Positions 29,291 through 43,277 of a DNA stretch of 64,000 bases are shown one piece after another. Both the position numbers and the translations under genes were made by a program. Under the pieces are notes generated by a model. It was not told the origin of the DNA and ran no database searches. It worked only from the letters and a program-made list of their open reading frames with translations. The stretch's first letter is position 1, and each line of letters opens with the position of its first letter. This DNA is from Octopus vulgaris. Taxonomy: Eukaryota. The DNA is taken from NCBI GenBank assembly GCA_951406725.2, contig OX597838.1, forward strand, positions 44,702,001 to 44,766,000, written 5' to 3'.

Positions 29291-29377
29291 AGGTATCAAT
29301 TATGCATCTTTCTTGTTTAGATCTGGTTTTATTTATTAAGTACTAGGAATTGAGAAATATATAGAAAAATAATTTAC

Positions 29378-29505
29378 ATCGATATTTCCATATACATGGT
29401 AAAAGTTGTCTTCTGAGATTTTGATGAATTCTTGTTAAACCTGCCGTAAATCCAAATATAAAGTCCTTGCGTTCGTTTGTGCTCGTCTGAAATTTCTGTT
29501 ATGTC
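29378..29505 (-). pseudogene. Candidate decayed cytoplasmic-tail exon with Tyr motifs
   Basis: GACAG| and |GTAAAT; HNRNFRRAQTNARTLYLDLRQV*QEFIKISEDNFYHVYGNID. Confidence 0.3.
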
Positions 29506-30039
29506 CTGTCACATTCTTACTATATTTCCGACACCAGATGCAGGCGTGGCTGCCTGGACAATAAGCTCTCTCTGCAACCAAGTGGTTTCGATTCAGTATC
29601 ACAGCGTGGACATCTTAAGCAGGTGTTTTTTTTTTATTATAGCTTAAAGTTTTCCAAGTGGATTTCGTGAAGCCATTTGGAGGCACATGGCCTAGTGGTT
29701 AGAGCAGCGGATTTGCAGTCGAGGGAACATGGGTTCGAATCTCAGACCGGGAGATGTGTGTGTTTAAGAGCGGCACCCCTGAGCTCCACGCGCCTCCGGC
29801 AGAAGGTAAAGGCGAGCTTCTATAGACTCTTTCGTCACAACTTTCGCACACTCTTTCCTCCTGCATCTTGCAGCTCACCTGCGACAGACCGGCGTCCAGT
29901 CCAGGTGGGGAAACTATACGCCAAGGAAACCGAGAAACAAGGGGCAAAAAGGATTAAGAAGAATGGAAGCCATTGCACATATCTATGTATATGTGTGTGT
30001 GTGTGTGTGCGTGTGGATATATATATATATATATATTAC

Positions 30040-30425
30040 TCTTTACTCTTTTTACTCTTTTACTTGTTTCGGTCATTTGACTGCGGCTATGCTGGAGCAC
30101 CGCCTTTAGTCGAGTAAATCGACCCCGGGACTTATTCTTTGTAAGCCCAGTACTTATTCTATCGGTCTCTTTTGCCGAACCGCTAAGTTACGGGGACGTA
30201 AACACACCACCATCGGTTGTCAAGCAATGCTAGGGGGACAAACACAGACTCGCAAACACACACATACATATATACGACAGGCTTCTTTCAGTTTCCGTCT
30301 ACCAAATCCACTCACAAGGCATTGGTCGGTCCGGGGCTATAGCCCAAGATGCCACGCAGTGGGAATGAACCTGGAACCATGTGGTTGGTTAGCAAGCTAC
30401 TTACCACACAGCCACTCCTGCGCCT
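30040..30425 (-). mobile_element. tRNA-derived SINE (family B); other copies at about 19100-19310, 20880-21250, 24040-24340 and 53950-54110
   Basis: Minus strand GGCGCAGGAGTGGCTGTGTGGTAAG...GGATTTGGTAGACGGAAACTGAAAGAAGCC...GAAACAAGTAAAAG. Confidence 0.85.
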
Positions 30426-30686
30426 ATATATATATATATAATTAAGGATAAAATCTATATTTGATTTTATTAAGTAGTCACCATGTAAAGATGAATTAGG
30501 GTAAAAATTAATACAATAAATAATTATTCTATAAGTATAATTATAAAACCGTATTAAGGGCAAAGAACGAGTCTTACAACTGGCTAAGCCACATATTGAA
30601 AGAAGACGCCAAATGGCGCGAAGCTCCATTAAGTATATAATAACATAGGACCCCTTAGACATATTAGGTATATTTATATACCATAT

Positions 30687-30754
<68 letters not shown>

Positions 30755-31099
30755 TTATGTGTCTGTGTTTGTCACACACAATTGCTTGACAAACGATATA
30801 GGTGTCTATGTCCCCGTAACTTAGCGGTTCAGCAAAAGACACCGATAGAATAAGTAAGCCAAATTACTGAAACAAGAAAAAGAATAAAAAATTATCTAAG
30901 CGCACATTGCATTGCATATCTGAGTATATGTTGTATTCCAAATTGTTGAAGCTACCTGAACTTTTTCGTTTTAATTGTAATATATATATATATATATACG
31001 CTCTCTATCTCACTCTTTCTCTCTCTCTATATATATATATACATATATATTTATATATATGTATATATATGTGTGTGTACGTGTATATATATATATAAG

Positions 31100-31169
<70 letters not shown>

Positions 31170-31881
31170 TTATATGTGCGTGTATGCGTACAAGCTTGCT
31201 CATGTATGTGTAAATGTGTATACCGTCAGTTACCTTCGTGAAAACACACTCAATAAGCGTTGTGCGGCTCGGTGCTATAATACATGTATTTTGCACAAGA
31301 TGCACCTCAATGGAGCTGAAAACAAAACAACGTAGTGGTAAAGCGAAATTTTCAGCACACAACTCTGCCTCCGGCTAAGCAGATTCTCTATTGAGGCTTC
31401 TGCCACAACCAATGAGATAACTGGAATACATAGCATAAAAAAGATATTTAGATCTGAAGGCTGTCTGCATCATAATATAATGATATTAATTTTTTTGAAA
31501 ATAAAGCAAGAAGATTAGTCGAGATGTATAGACAGAGGCATAATATTCGTGATGTATGAAAGGATAACGATGCTACTTTGTGTAACATGATGGGAGTCTA
31601 ATGTATATATATATACGCATACATACACATATGTGTGTGTGTGCTTCGCTGTGCGGACGTTTGTGTGTGCATATCTGTCTCTCTGTCTGTCTGTCTGTAT
31701 GTATGTGTGTATGTATACAACTTACGCATACATGTGTATACATACATATATGTAAATAATCAGATTGTACACACCCACCAGAGTGTACACATGCACAATA
31801 CAAATCTATATTTGTATGTATATGTACATGTATGCGCAAAAAATACGTGTGAGTTTGTGTGTTATACATATTATATATATA

Positions 31882-31912
<31 letters not shown>

Positions 31913-31992
31913 GTATGTATGTATATATATGTGTATAGGAATGTTCGTATATGTGCATATACATACACACACATACACATATATACAAATGC

Positions 31993-32025
<33 letters not shown>

Positions 32026-32086
32026 TATGTATATATGTATGTATATACATGCATGCGTAATACATATATATATACATACACATACA

Positions 32087-32158
<72 letters not shown>

Positions 32159-32189
32159 CAAAATAAGCAACAAGAATGACTCCGGTAAT

Positions 32190-32275
32190 TTGGTACGATC
32201 GTTTCGTACTACATCATTTTATTAACTGTTGTAAGTATTACAACAGATTTAAGAGGCTGAGTACTCATCAGCCAA
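32190..32275 (-). ncRNA. Type I hammerhead, canonical core, extended stem II
   Basis: TTGG-CTGATGA-GTACT(49 nt)AGTAC-GAA-ACGATCGT-A|CCAA. Confidence 0.8.
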
Positions 32276-34313
32276 TTTTAGAGGTGTTCCATTAATACAA
32301 AAGTGTTCAAATCAAGTGACAACATTATAGAGAAGGTAGATATACAGACAAAGATGTGGATTTAAATTTTAAGAACATATGAGGTAGTGAAGTCCCTCAA
32401 CTGACTGACTAAGATTTGGTTGTTCCAGACTGCGGTAAGGTTGTAAGAGTGAGGACTAAGTTGAAGGAAGTAATAAAGATTTCTAATTATAGAAATGGGG
32501 TAAAGGGGGTTTCAAAGCTCCATAAAAGGAATTCATGTGGAAGACAGCTATTGTCACTACTAAATGCCAATTACTACTATTTGATGAGAGAACTAGGTCA
32601 ATGTCAAGTGGTCACAATCATATTCACAGAGAGTGCAATTTGGAGAAAAAAAGACTATCACTTATTTCGAGTAGGCATAGTACCTTCTTAACTGGGGAAA
32701 AGCCTTATTAATCAAGTGAACCTATTTTGGGTCAAAATATATACTAAGAAAGATGGAAGAGGGAAAATCAAAGAAGGAAGATTTACATAGATTTAGTGCA
32801 ATGTGATAATTATGAGGGGAAGCGATTTAGAAGAGTAAATAATTCAGAATTCATGGATAGTGAGTTGATATTAATGAATTAAATATAGGAACTATTGGGG
32901 ATAAAATTTACTACCTGTGGATAAAAGTTAATTAATTAGGTAAAAATATCTTAGGTTAATTATATATTAAAAATGAGAGTGAGATAATCAGGATTCACTA
33001 TATTATTCACAATATTATTTATGAGATTTAAGCTATCCATATCAAGGAAGGTGATTTTAATTTTCCCAAGCAGATACATAGACGAATATACAAAGATATA
33101 AATACAAAAACACTAATATATATGAGCGTGTATTATATGTGTATATATGTGGTATTCTGTATGTGCATGTGTGTATGTGTGTGTATATTTATATCGCTTT
33201 ATGGTCTGTCCTATAGACACAGATGCTCAATTTCTCAGGATGTCTGTCATTCTTCCGAATTTTTATTCAAACATAAACGCATGCTTTTATTTCTCTGTAA
33301 TGTACGTGATCAAAACTTTAGTTATAGATTCAAAATGTTCTCCCCCGCCTCTATACGTATATGCACATAAAAATGAAGATGCATACACACACCAAAATTT
33401 ATACACAAACATATGTACACGTGCACACAAACAAATGCCCGCGCGCACACACACACAGGATCAATCAATAACGTGCACATTTTGATATCTTTTCTCTTCA
33501 ATTATTTGGAGGTAAATCACACACACGCACGTACGAATACATATACACATACACATATGCACGCACAAACAAAACTACATATATACCATATACACACACA
33601 CTTGTATATGTGTGTGCGTGTCTGTGTGTGTGCATGTATATATATATATATATATATGCGTGTGTGTGTGTATGTATATATATATATATGTATATATATA
33701 CATATATTGATGGACACTCCTGTTGAAGACAACGTATGACTATTCAGATTTTCCCGACGACCTGCAGCAAGGATTTGCTGTAATCCAATGTATGTGCTGT
33801 ACAGAAGCCCTCTCCCTCTGTCCCATGGACGTTGCCTTAAAAGGGGCACAGTGTGCCAGGCGCCAGGTGTTGAAGCAATCGCAGACCACTGTGAGAGGAA
33901 GTGTTTGCTTCAAGAACACAACACAATAAGAATTGAAACCACGATCTAACCACTAGGCCATGCCTCCTCATACATGCACACACATATAACATATATAAGT
34001 GGATGCACAATGGCCCAATGTTTAGGGCAGCGAAATCGCGGTTTCGATTCCCAGACCGGGCGTTGTGAGTGTTTATTGAGCGAAAGCACCTAAAGGTCAA
34101 CGGGGCTCCGGCAGGGGGTAGGTGGCGATCCCTGCTGTACTATTTCGCCACAACTTTCTCTCAATCTTTCTTCTATTGGCCTGCTCACTTAGCCAACGGG
34201 GTGGCGTCATTTGAAGGCTATGTATGTATGTATGTATGCATGTATGTATGTGCCTATTATGTGTGCATGCATGTATGTATGTATGTATGTATGTATGTAT
34301 GTATGTATGTATG

Positions 34314-35745
34314 TTGCATGGTCGGGTCGTCGGCGACTAAACCGGCAACCCCACCAAGCCTGCTTGGTGAGGAGGGTGTTTATTGGACACCCTGCGGGAT
34401 GAAAAACAAAACCCGTCAAAGGGCGGAGGAACTCTTGAGAGTCAACGGCCATCCAATAAATGTCTTAAGGCTGTATCATGCGCGGGGATATAGAAATAAT
34501 CGGACTGAATACCCGATCACGCGGTTAAACCATTGGGAGTGAAGGACTCCTAGCCTTTGTTAGGGCATCCTTCTAGGAGAAGGTAACTCAGGTAACTGGG
34601 ATAACTCCGACATAAAACCTGCGGCTCAGTGGTTACCGATGATGTTGATTTGTTCTTCTTTTCGGATTATGGCTGCGGTTGCTTAGTGAGTGGGGCAGCC
34701 ACTATGTATGTCAAAGGTTTCCCAGTCTATTATTCGTGACCTCATTTATGTAGATGACTGTGACTTAGTCACTCATACAGTGGATGACATGCAAATACTA
34801 ATGAATTGCATTTCTGCTTCTTGCAGGGCATTTGGACTCAGCATTAGCCTGGACAAGACTGTTGTAATGTTCCAGCCTGCACCAGGAAATCCATATATGG
34901 AACCAGCTATCTTGGTTGAAGGAATAATTATGAAGGTAGTAGACAGGTTTGTCTACCTGGGCAGCACACTCAGCCGTTCTTGCTCCCTGGATGAGGAAAT
35001 ATATTTCAGGTTGCAGAGAGCAACTAATTCCTTTCGGTCTCTTCAGTCTCGTGTCTGGTCCCAACATGGCATCGCAGGGCCAACAAAAGTTGCTGTGTAC
35101 CGTGCATGTGTACTGACATCGCTCCTCTACTCATATGAGACATGGACTCTGTACAAACGTCAGGTAAGGGTCCTTGAACGCTTTCTCAATGTTGGCTGGA
35201 CCTCAAAAATTCCAGACACACAGATCCTGAGAATAGCTGATATATTGAGTATTGGGGCGATGTTGCACAAGCACCGGTTACGTTGGACTGTGGACACCTT
35301 ATGAGAATGAAGGATAGCAGGATTCCTAAGCAGATGCTTTATGGAGAACTTGTGAATGGAAGGAGACTCCGGCAGAAACCAAGGCTACGATTTAAGGACT
35401 GTGTCAAGTCCTCGTTAAAGGCCTGTGATATGCAGGATACTGACTGGGAGAACAATGCCTGTCATCGCCACAGTTGGAGGAAGCAGGTTAAGGATGGGAT
35501 CGACACTTTTGAGAGAGCACCTATCCAGCATGAAGAACTTAAGCAAGCTGCGCGAAGGCGCACAGCTCGTATAGTGAATTGGGAAAGCTTGGTCTGCAAT
35601 GTTTGCAGTCGTATATGCTTGTCAAGAGCAGGGCTCATTAGCCAATAACGGAGCCGCAAATGCAAAATATAAGTTTGTCCTAGAGCGCACAATGTTCCTG
35701 AAGGTCGGCAATGGTCTTCCTCGGTCACGAGTGGACGGCCATCAT
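34314..35745 (+). mobile_element. RTE-clade LINE with a large internal deletion, inside an (ATGT)n array
   Basis: Structured 5' UTR (CTAGGAGAAGGTAACTC) joined to RDLIYVDDCDL, FGLSISLDKT, FVYLGS, LLYSYETW, RIPKQMLYGEL and a C-terminal CNVCSRIC finger. Confidence 0.9.
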
Positions 35746-35869
35746 GTATGTATGTATGTATGTATGTATGTATGTATGTATGTATGTATGTATGTATGTA
35801 TGTATGTATGTATGTATGTATGTGTGTGTGTGTGTATGTATGTATTAAAGGATACAGACAAAAATTAAG

Positions 35870-36265
35870 CTTTTCAAACGCAGTAATGCCGCCAGAATAA
35901 TGGGTAAATTACCGTAACAAGGCAGAAAATGTCAAAAAACGGCCATGGGATTCGAACCCCTCTCCCCCAAGACTCCATTAAGCTAAACTGCCTATTATCA
36001 AATTCATCCTGTTTGCTTCGTACATTTCAACGCTTCTAATAATGACAAGTATTAGTTTGTTTATATCTATACACACGAGGTTGTTCTGTAAGGTATTTAA
36101 CGTTTAAATCGGCGATTGAAATCGTCAGAAGGGTAGTTTAGCTTAGTGGCAAAGCGCTCAGATGGAGTCATGGAGGTTCGAGTCGCATGACTGTTTATTT
36201 TCGCCTTCTAAGGGTAATTCAGCCATTATTTCTATTGTTCTAACGGCATTACTGCCTTCTAAAAA
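35870..36265. mobile_element. Two diverged tRNA-derived SINE copies head to head (35870-35992 minus, 36131-36265 plus)
   Basis: TAGCTTAGTGG A box, GGTTCGAGTC B box and shared tail CGGCATTACTGC. Confidence 0.6.
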
Positions 36266-36338
36266 GATTCTTCATCTTGTTTGTATCGTGCAATACACAT
36301 TTCGATGCTTCTAATATTAAGACATGTGAGTTTGTTTA

Positions 36339-36375
<37 letters not shown>

Positions 36376-36669
36376 TTGTGTGTGTGTGCTTGCGTGTGCA
36401 TATACATATATGAATGCTTATAGATATAGATATATATACATATGCATACACACACACACACATGCGCGCATATATCGTTGCATTTAGCTCTTGATGGTGT
36501 CGACTTGTCGTTCTGTGATTTTCTCTCTTCCCCTTGCTCCCTCTTCCCTTCTCTCGTGCTCTCTGATTTTGACTTATTCTCTTTTCTTTCTCTCTCTTGC
36601 TCTCTCTCTCCTATTCCCACCATTTCTCACTCCTAATGCTCTTCTCTTTGAATCTCTCTCTCTCTCTCA

Positions 36670-36700
<31 letters not shown>

Positions 36701-37734
36701 TCTCTCTCTCTCACTCACTCTCGCTCTCTCTCTCTCTCTCTCTCGCATACACTCCACCAACGCACTACTATTTTACATTTGTGTAATGACAGTTCTGATT
36801 AAAATTGTTCCAACCTGTTTCACTATAATTACGGAAACCTATGAGTTGTCCAAGTCTGTGGTTCAAAAGTCGAAACGACAATTGGTGAATTATTTAATGT
36901 CTCCATATTTGACCAGGAAAATCAACAAATTCTAGACATAATTACGTAACGATTCCAAGAATTATAATTGCAATAATTCTTCCTACTAAAGGCCAAAGAA
37001 ATGAGATCTATATAAAGGTAGGAGAGGAAGGAAGACAAGATGGACGCCAAAGTTGTTATATGCATTCAATGGACCGGGTAACATTGTTTAATCTGGAAAC
37101 TAGTTTTAAATCTACAAGACTAGAATCTGATTAGTCATGCCAACGGGTTTCCATACAGTTCCCGGGTTTCAAAATTTTCCTTGTAAGTCTTTGTTCCACT
37201 CGAAACTATGATACAAGATAAATTGAAAGTGTAGCTCGACGGTGTTGAAACTAAAACCTCATCACTGCATTGGGAACTTCTTAAAGAGGCGGCGATGCTG
37301 CTGAACCTAAGCAGTGAAACGAGACTTTGTGAAATACGTTATAATTGGTTATACGTATATAAGCGTCACCAATTGTTATAAATGTGTAGAAAAGAATTTT
37401 CCCTATAGGGAAAAAGATTCTTGGAATAGAATAATTGGCTGTCTTATATTCTGCTTCATAATACTTAGGCAATGTTCTTAGAAAAGGATCTAGTCGATAA
37501 CTTGTCGATTTGATTTCTCTGGGATACTTATTTTGTCACTGGCTTACATTTCACACCAACTCAAAATCTAATAACCATAATTATGTCTACAAACAAAATA
37601 CGCTTACACGTTCTCTCGTAAATACACTCACAAATATATAAAACACACATATATATATGTATGTGTGTATATGTGTGTGTATGTGTGTGTATGTGTGTGT
37701 ATGTGACAGTTTGTTTTCAAGTCTTATTACATAG

Positions 37735-37784
37735 GCGATAATTCTACGAACAAATCATATGAAATATACAATAACTTATGCTGA
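37735..37784 (+). CDS. Candidate short terminal exon with a Tyr motif
   Basis: TTACATAG|GC then DNSTNKSYEIYNNLC*. Confidence 0.25.
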
Positions 37785-39055
37785 GTAAATACTGTTAGCA
37801 ATAGTTCGAACCTACAGCATATTATTATTTTGAGATTCATGCGTTTATTGAGAATCATCAGGAAAAGATTGTTCGTAAAGCGAATACGTCTCCAATTCGG
37901 TTTCACCGTGATTCGTCGTTTCGTTATCTTAGTCTTTGTGCTGAATGTTGCCATCCACAGAGCTTCAGCTACTCGTTGTTTTCATTCAATCTATTTTCAG
38001 TTGCTTTGTTCACATTTGCAAGTCACTGCTTCTTTTCACGTTACGGTTAAAATGTTTGCTCAGATTTCATATTTAAAGCATCTTTTTTTATCGCGAAAAC
38101 GAAAATACTTCTTTTCAGTGCAGAGCTTAATGTTCGTTCCAATAATATATATATAAGTGACGGAAGAATCTAAGGTGCTAAATTGAAGGTGAAACTTTTG
38201 GTAACCTCACTAGAGGATTGAATATTCAAGCCTACGAATGTGGGCGTGGGTTGGCATCCCATTTCAGGGAAACCGAGTAACGGGCCTTAGGAGTCTTAAA
38301 ACTCGAGACAGTAATACCCAGGAGTTGACGTTGTTGTTAATGATGATGGAGTTTATGATGATGATGATGATGATGATGAGGAGGAGGAGGATAGCATTGC
38401 CTTAGCATGGTCACAAGACCTAGTTGAAATCAATAAGATAGTTTAGAGCCCCGGTGAGTGAGCATAGTATTTTGAAAACTAGTAAGCTGCATTTTGTTTG
38501 GTTCAACTGAGGGCAATAACTCGGAAATAAACTCTGTACACATCTAACGTAAAAATTCCGTTAAACTTAAGCTGGGTACCAACACAATTTATCCGACATT
38601 TGTTCAATACGGATTTCGTAATTTAGTGGTTTGAGTCCCAAAGACAAACAAGATAAATCATACACCATGCAGCAGTTCTGTGAGTTACCAAAACTGCGTA
38701 AAACAAATCACTCACTTTCGCATTATTCATCAAAAGAAAAACTTCAGCATAAGCAATCTCTTTCATTTTTTTTAGGAGTTATGAACTTGCTGAGGCAACG
38801 CTATTCTCCTCCGCTTCCCCCTCTTTCTCCTGCCCTTCCGCTTCCTTCTCCCTTTCGCTTTCTGCTCCCTCCTCCTCCTCCTCTTCCGCTTCTTCCTCTC
38901 CTTACACTTCCTCTTTCACCTCTCCATCTTCTTTCTCCTCCTCTTCCACTCCCTTTCTCCTCCACTTCTGTCTCCTCATTTTCCACCTCCACTTCTACCT
39001 CCTCTTCCGCCTCCCCTTCTTCTACCTCCTCTTTCTCCTTGTCGTCGTCGTTGTT

Positions 39056-39098
<43 letters not shown>

Positions 39099-39486
39099 AC
39101 AACAACAACAACACTTGGGTGTTACTGTCTCGAGTTTTAAGTGTCGTAGTGCAGGTTACCCGGTTTCCATACATACAGGTGCCCAAGATCACATTATCCC
39201 TTAACGGGGTGGGGAGAGGAACAGTTCATTGTAGTGTTACAACTAAGAGGACAGGAGCAACGTGAAATGAAGTGTCTTGCTAAAGGAAACACAACGCACC
39301 GCCCAGTCAGAGAATTGAAACCACGGCCTTGCGAACATGAATGCAACACCCTAACCAGTGGACTACGCGCGTCACAGCTCTTTATATATGCTTCTTCCAA
39401 AATGCTTTTTGCCACTGTGTGCCCCGTCTCTCTCTATTTCTCATTCTCACTCTTTCCATCGCCCTCTCTCTCCTCTCCCCTCTCTC

Positions 39487-39535
<49 letters not shown>

Positions 39536-40051
39536 AATCTTGCTTACACAGTTTCTCTTGTACCTAAAATCGAGATTCTGACCTCAGTAGAATAACTTAT
39601 AATTCGGCAAGGTGGAATCTATTTTTTTTGTATACTGATAACCTATACTGTGAATATGCTGGAAAATACACCTTCGCAATTATCGTCACTTAATTATTTA
39701 CACGACTCAATACGAATTGAGCTCGCAGCTAAAGGAGAAATAAGAAACGAAAGCAAATTTTTTCAAATCTGGTATAAAATTGAACAAACTTTATAGTTTT
39801 GTTTCTTTACGTATAAATAGGTAATGAATGTTGATATAGATATAAAATTCTCCAATTCAGATAAAATATATAATTTCGTATCAAGAAAAGTATTGGAATC
39901 CTTTCATAAAAATTGTCGCTTCAAGATAGAAAGAATCCTATAAACTAAGTGGATTATATTTTGCAGTAAGGGATTATAATTGGTTGGTAAATCTAAATGG
40001 AATACAGACATGAGTTGCTTAAAATATTAGTTTCGCATAGTTAATTATGTA

Positions 40052-40118
<67 letters not shown>

Positions 40119-40126
40119 ATATATAT

Positions 40127-40506
40127 GGAAGCACTCCGTCGGTTACGACGACGAGGGTTCCGGTTGATCCGAATCAGCGGAACAGCTTGCTCGTGAAATT
40201 AACGTGTAAGTGGCTGAGCACTCCACAGACACGTGTACCCTTAACGTAGTTCTCGGGGATATTCAGCGTGACACAGAGAGTGACAAGGCCGGCCTTTTGA
40301 AATACAGGTACAACAGAAACAGGAAGTAAGAGTGAAAGAAAGTTGTGGTGAAAGAGTACAGCTGGGATCACCACCATCCCCTGCCGGAGCATCGTGGAGC
40401 TTTAGGTGTTTTCGCTCAATAAACACTCACAACGCCCGGTCTGGGAATCGAAACCGCGATCCTATGACCGCGAGTCCGCTGCCCTAACCACTGGGCCATT
40501 GCGCCT

Positions 40507-40509
<3 letters not shown>
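40127..40509 (-). mobile_element. Full-length tRNA-derived SINE (family C); other copies at 29679, 34000, 39150 and 52165
   Basis: Minus strand GGAGGCGCAATGGCCCAGTGGTTAGGGCAGCGGACTCGCGG...GGTTTCGATTCC; (TA)n flanks. Confidence 0.9.
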
Positions 40510-40537
<28 letters not shown>

Positions 40538-40853
40538 CTTATACTGATAATATATACTATGACAAAAAGCATTTTGGAAGAAGCATATATAAAAACATTT
40601 ATAAATATATGCCAATTATATACGTTTTTACTATTTTTTTTGCAATTCACTTAATCATTGATATTTTATTGTTATTTTAGTGTTAATATATATAATTTTC
40701 TAGATGGTGTAATTTAATTGTTCATTTTGAATTGATAAAAGGTGTTTTTTTTTTACTATTTTTTTTTATATATATATTATATTGTGTGAAATTTGATTTA
40801 GTATTTCTAAATTGAATTCTTTTTCCCTGTAAATTTGGATTTATATTCACGCA

Positions 40854-40983
<130 letters not shown>

Positions 40984-41015
40984 ATTATTATTATTATTAT
41001 TATTATTAAAATTAC

Positions 41016-42290
<1,275 letters not shown>

Positions 42291-42406
42291 TCTGTTATTT
42301 CTTGCTGTCATTCTGTGACTTCGCATTATTTGTCTTTTATCCTCCCTTCTTTCTCTCTTGTCCCTTCTTTCGTTCTTTCGTTCCATCTCCAGTTTTTCCC
42401 TTTCAC

Positions 42407-42451
42407 TTTTCTGTCGAAGAGTTTATGCTCGAAACTTCCGGAGGGTCAAAG
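42407..42451 (+). ncRNA. Hammerhead-like motif, CTGTCGAA core
   Basis: TTTT-CTGTCGA-A-GAGT(TTAT)GCTC-GAA-ACTTCCGGAGGGT-C|AAAG. Confidence 0.55.
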
Positions 42452-42906
42452 TTTCAAACTAATACACTTGCATGTTGTTTCCTCACCTGTATTGGTCTTC
42501 TATTTTCTTTAAATGTCAACAATGTATACACACACACACGCGCACACACAAATAGAGACACACACACATATATTTGTGTATATATCTACATGTATCAAAT
42601 TGAGAATGTCTCTCAGCCTGTGTCTGTATGATTGCTTCATTAAAACTCGAGAACTACCAAAACAGTTTCATTCAAATTTTACAGATGCATTACTTAGTGT
42701 CCATGCAGTGTCATGGGGCAAACAATTTTCAACTTCTCGCCTAATGCAAGCCCGGAGTAATCTCTTACCTCTTACAGTATTTTAGTATAGCGCGTCAAAA
42801 GTGAAACAATAACAGCGCATTGTAATGAGGTATAATAGTTTCACTGTCGTAGTTTCAATTTAAATTATTTTCACTATGTATTTATATACATGTTTGTATG
42901 TGTATG

Positions 42907-42945
<39 letters not shown>

Positions 42946-43012
42946 TTTGATACTTTGATAGGTTTCGGCCATTATTGGCCCAGGTCATGTCTAACTTAAT
43001 AGCACCACCTGG

Positions 43013-43096
<84 letters not shown>

Positions 43097-43144
43097 GTCT
43101 GCGTGTGTGTGTGTTTGTATATATATTTCTGTATATATTTATAT

Positions 43145-43206
<62 letters not shown>

Positions 43207-43237
43207 TTTATTTAAAGCAGCAGAAAATTCAACAAAA

Positions 43238-43269
<32 letters not shown>

Positions 43270-43277
<8 letters not shown>

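Noticed and set aside
30590-30630. CGCCA-AA-TGGCG-CGAAGCTC as a hammerhead
   Set aside because: No recognisable core or stem I
34314-34700. HDV-like ribozyme in the RTE 5' UTR
   Set aside because: Hairpins are present but I could not assemble the nested double pseudoknot
36131-36200. Functional tRNA gene (also 9415-9480 and the SINE heads)
   Set aside because: No complete cloverleaf; the A/B boxes continue into shared SINE bodies
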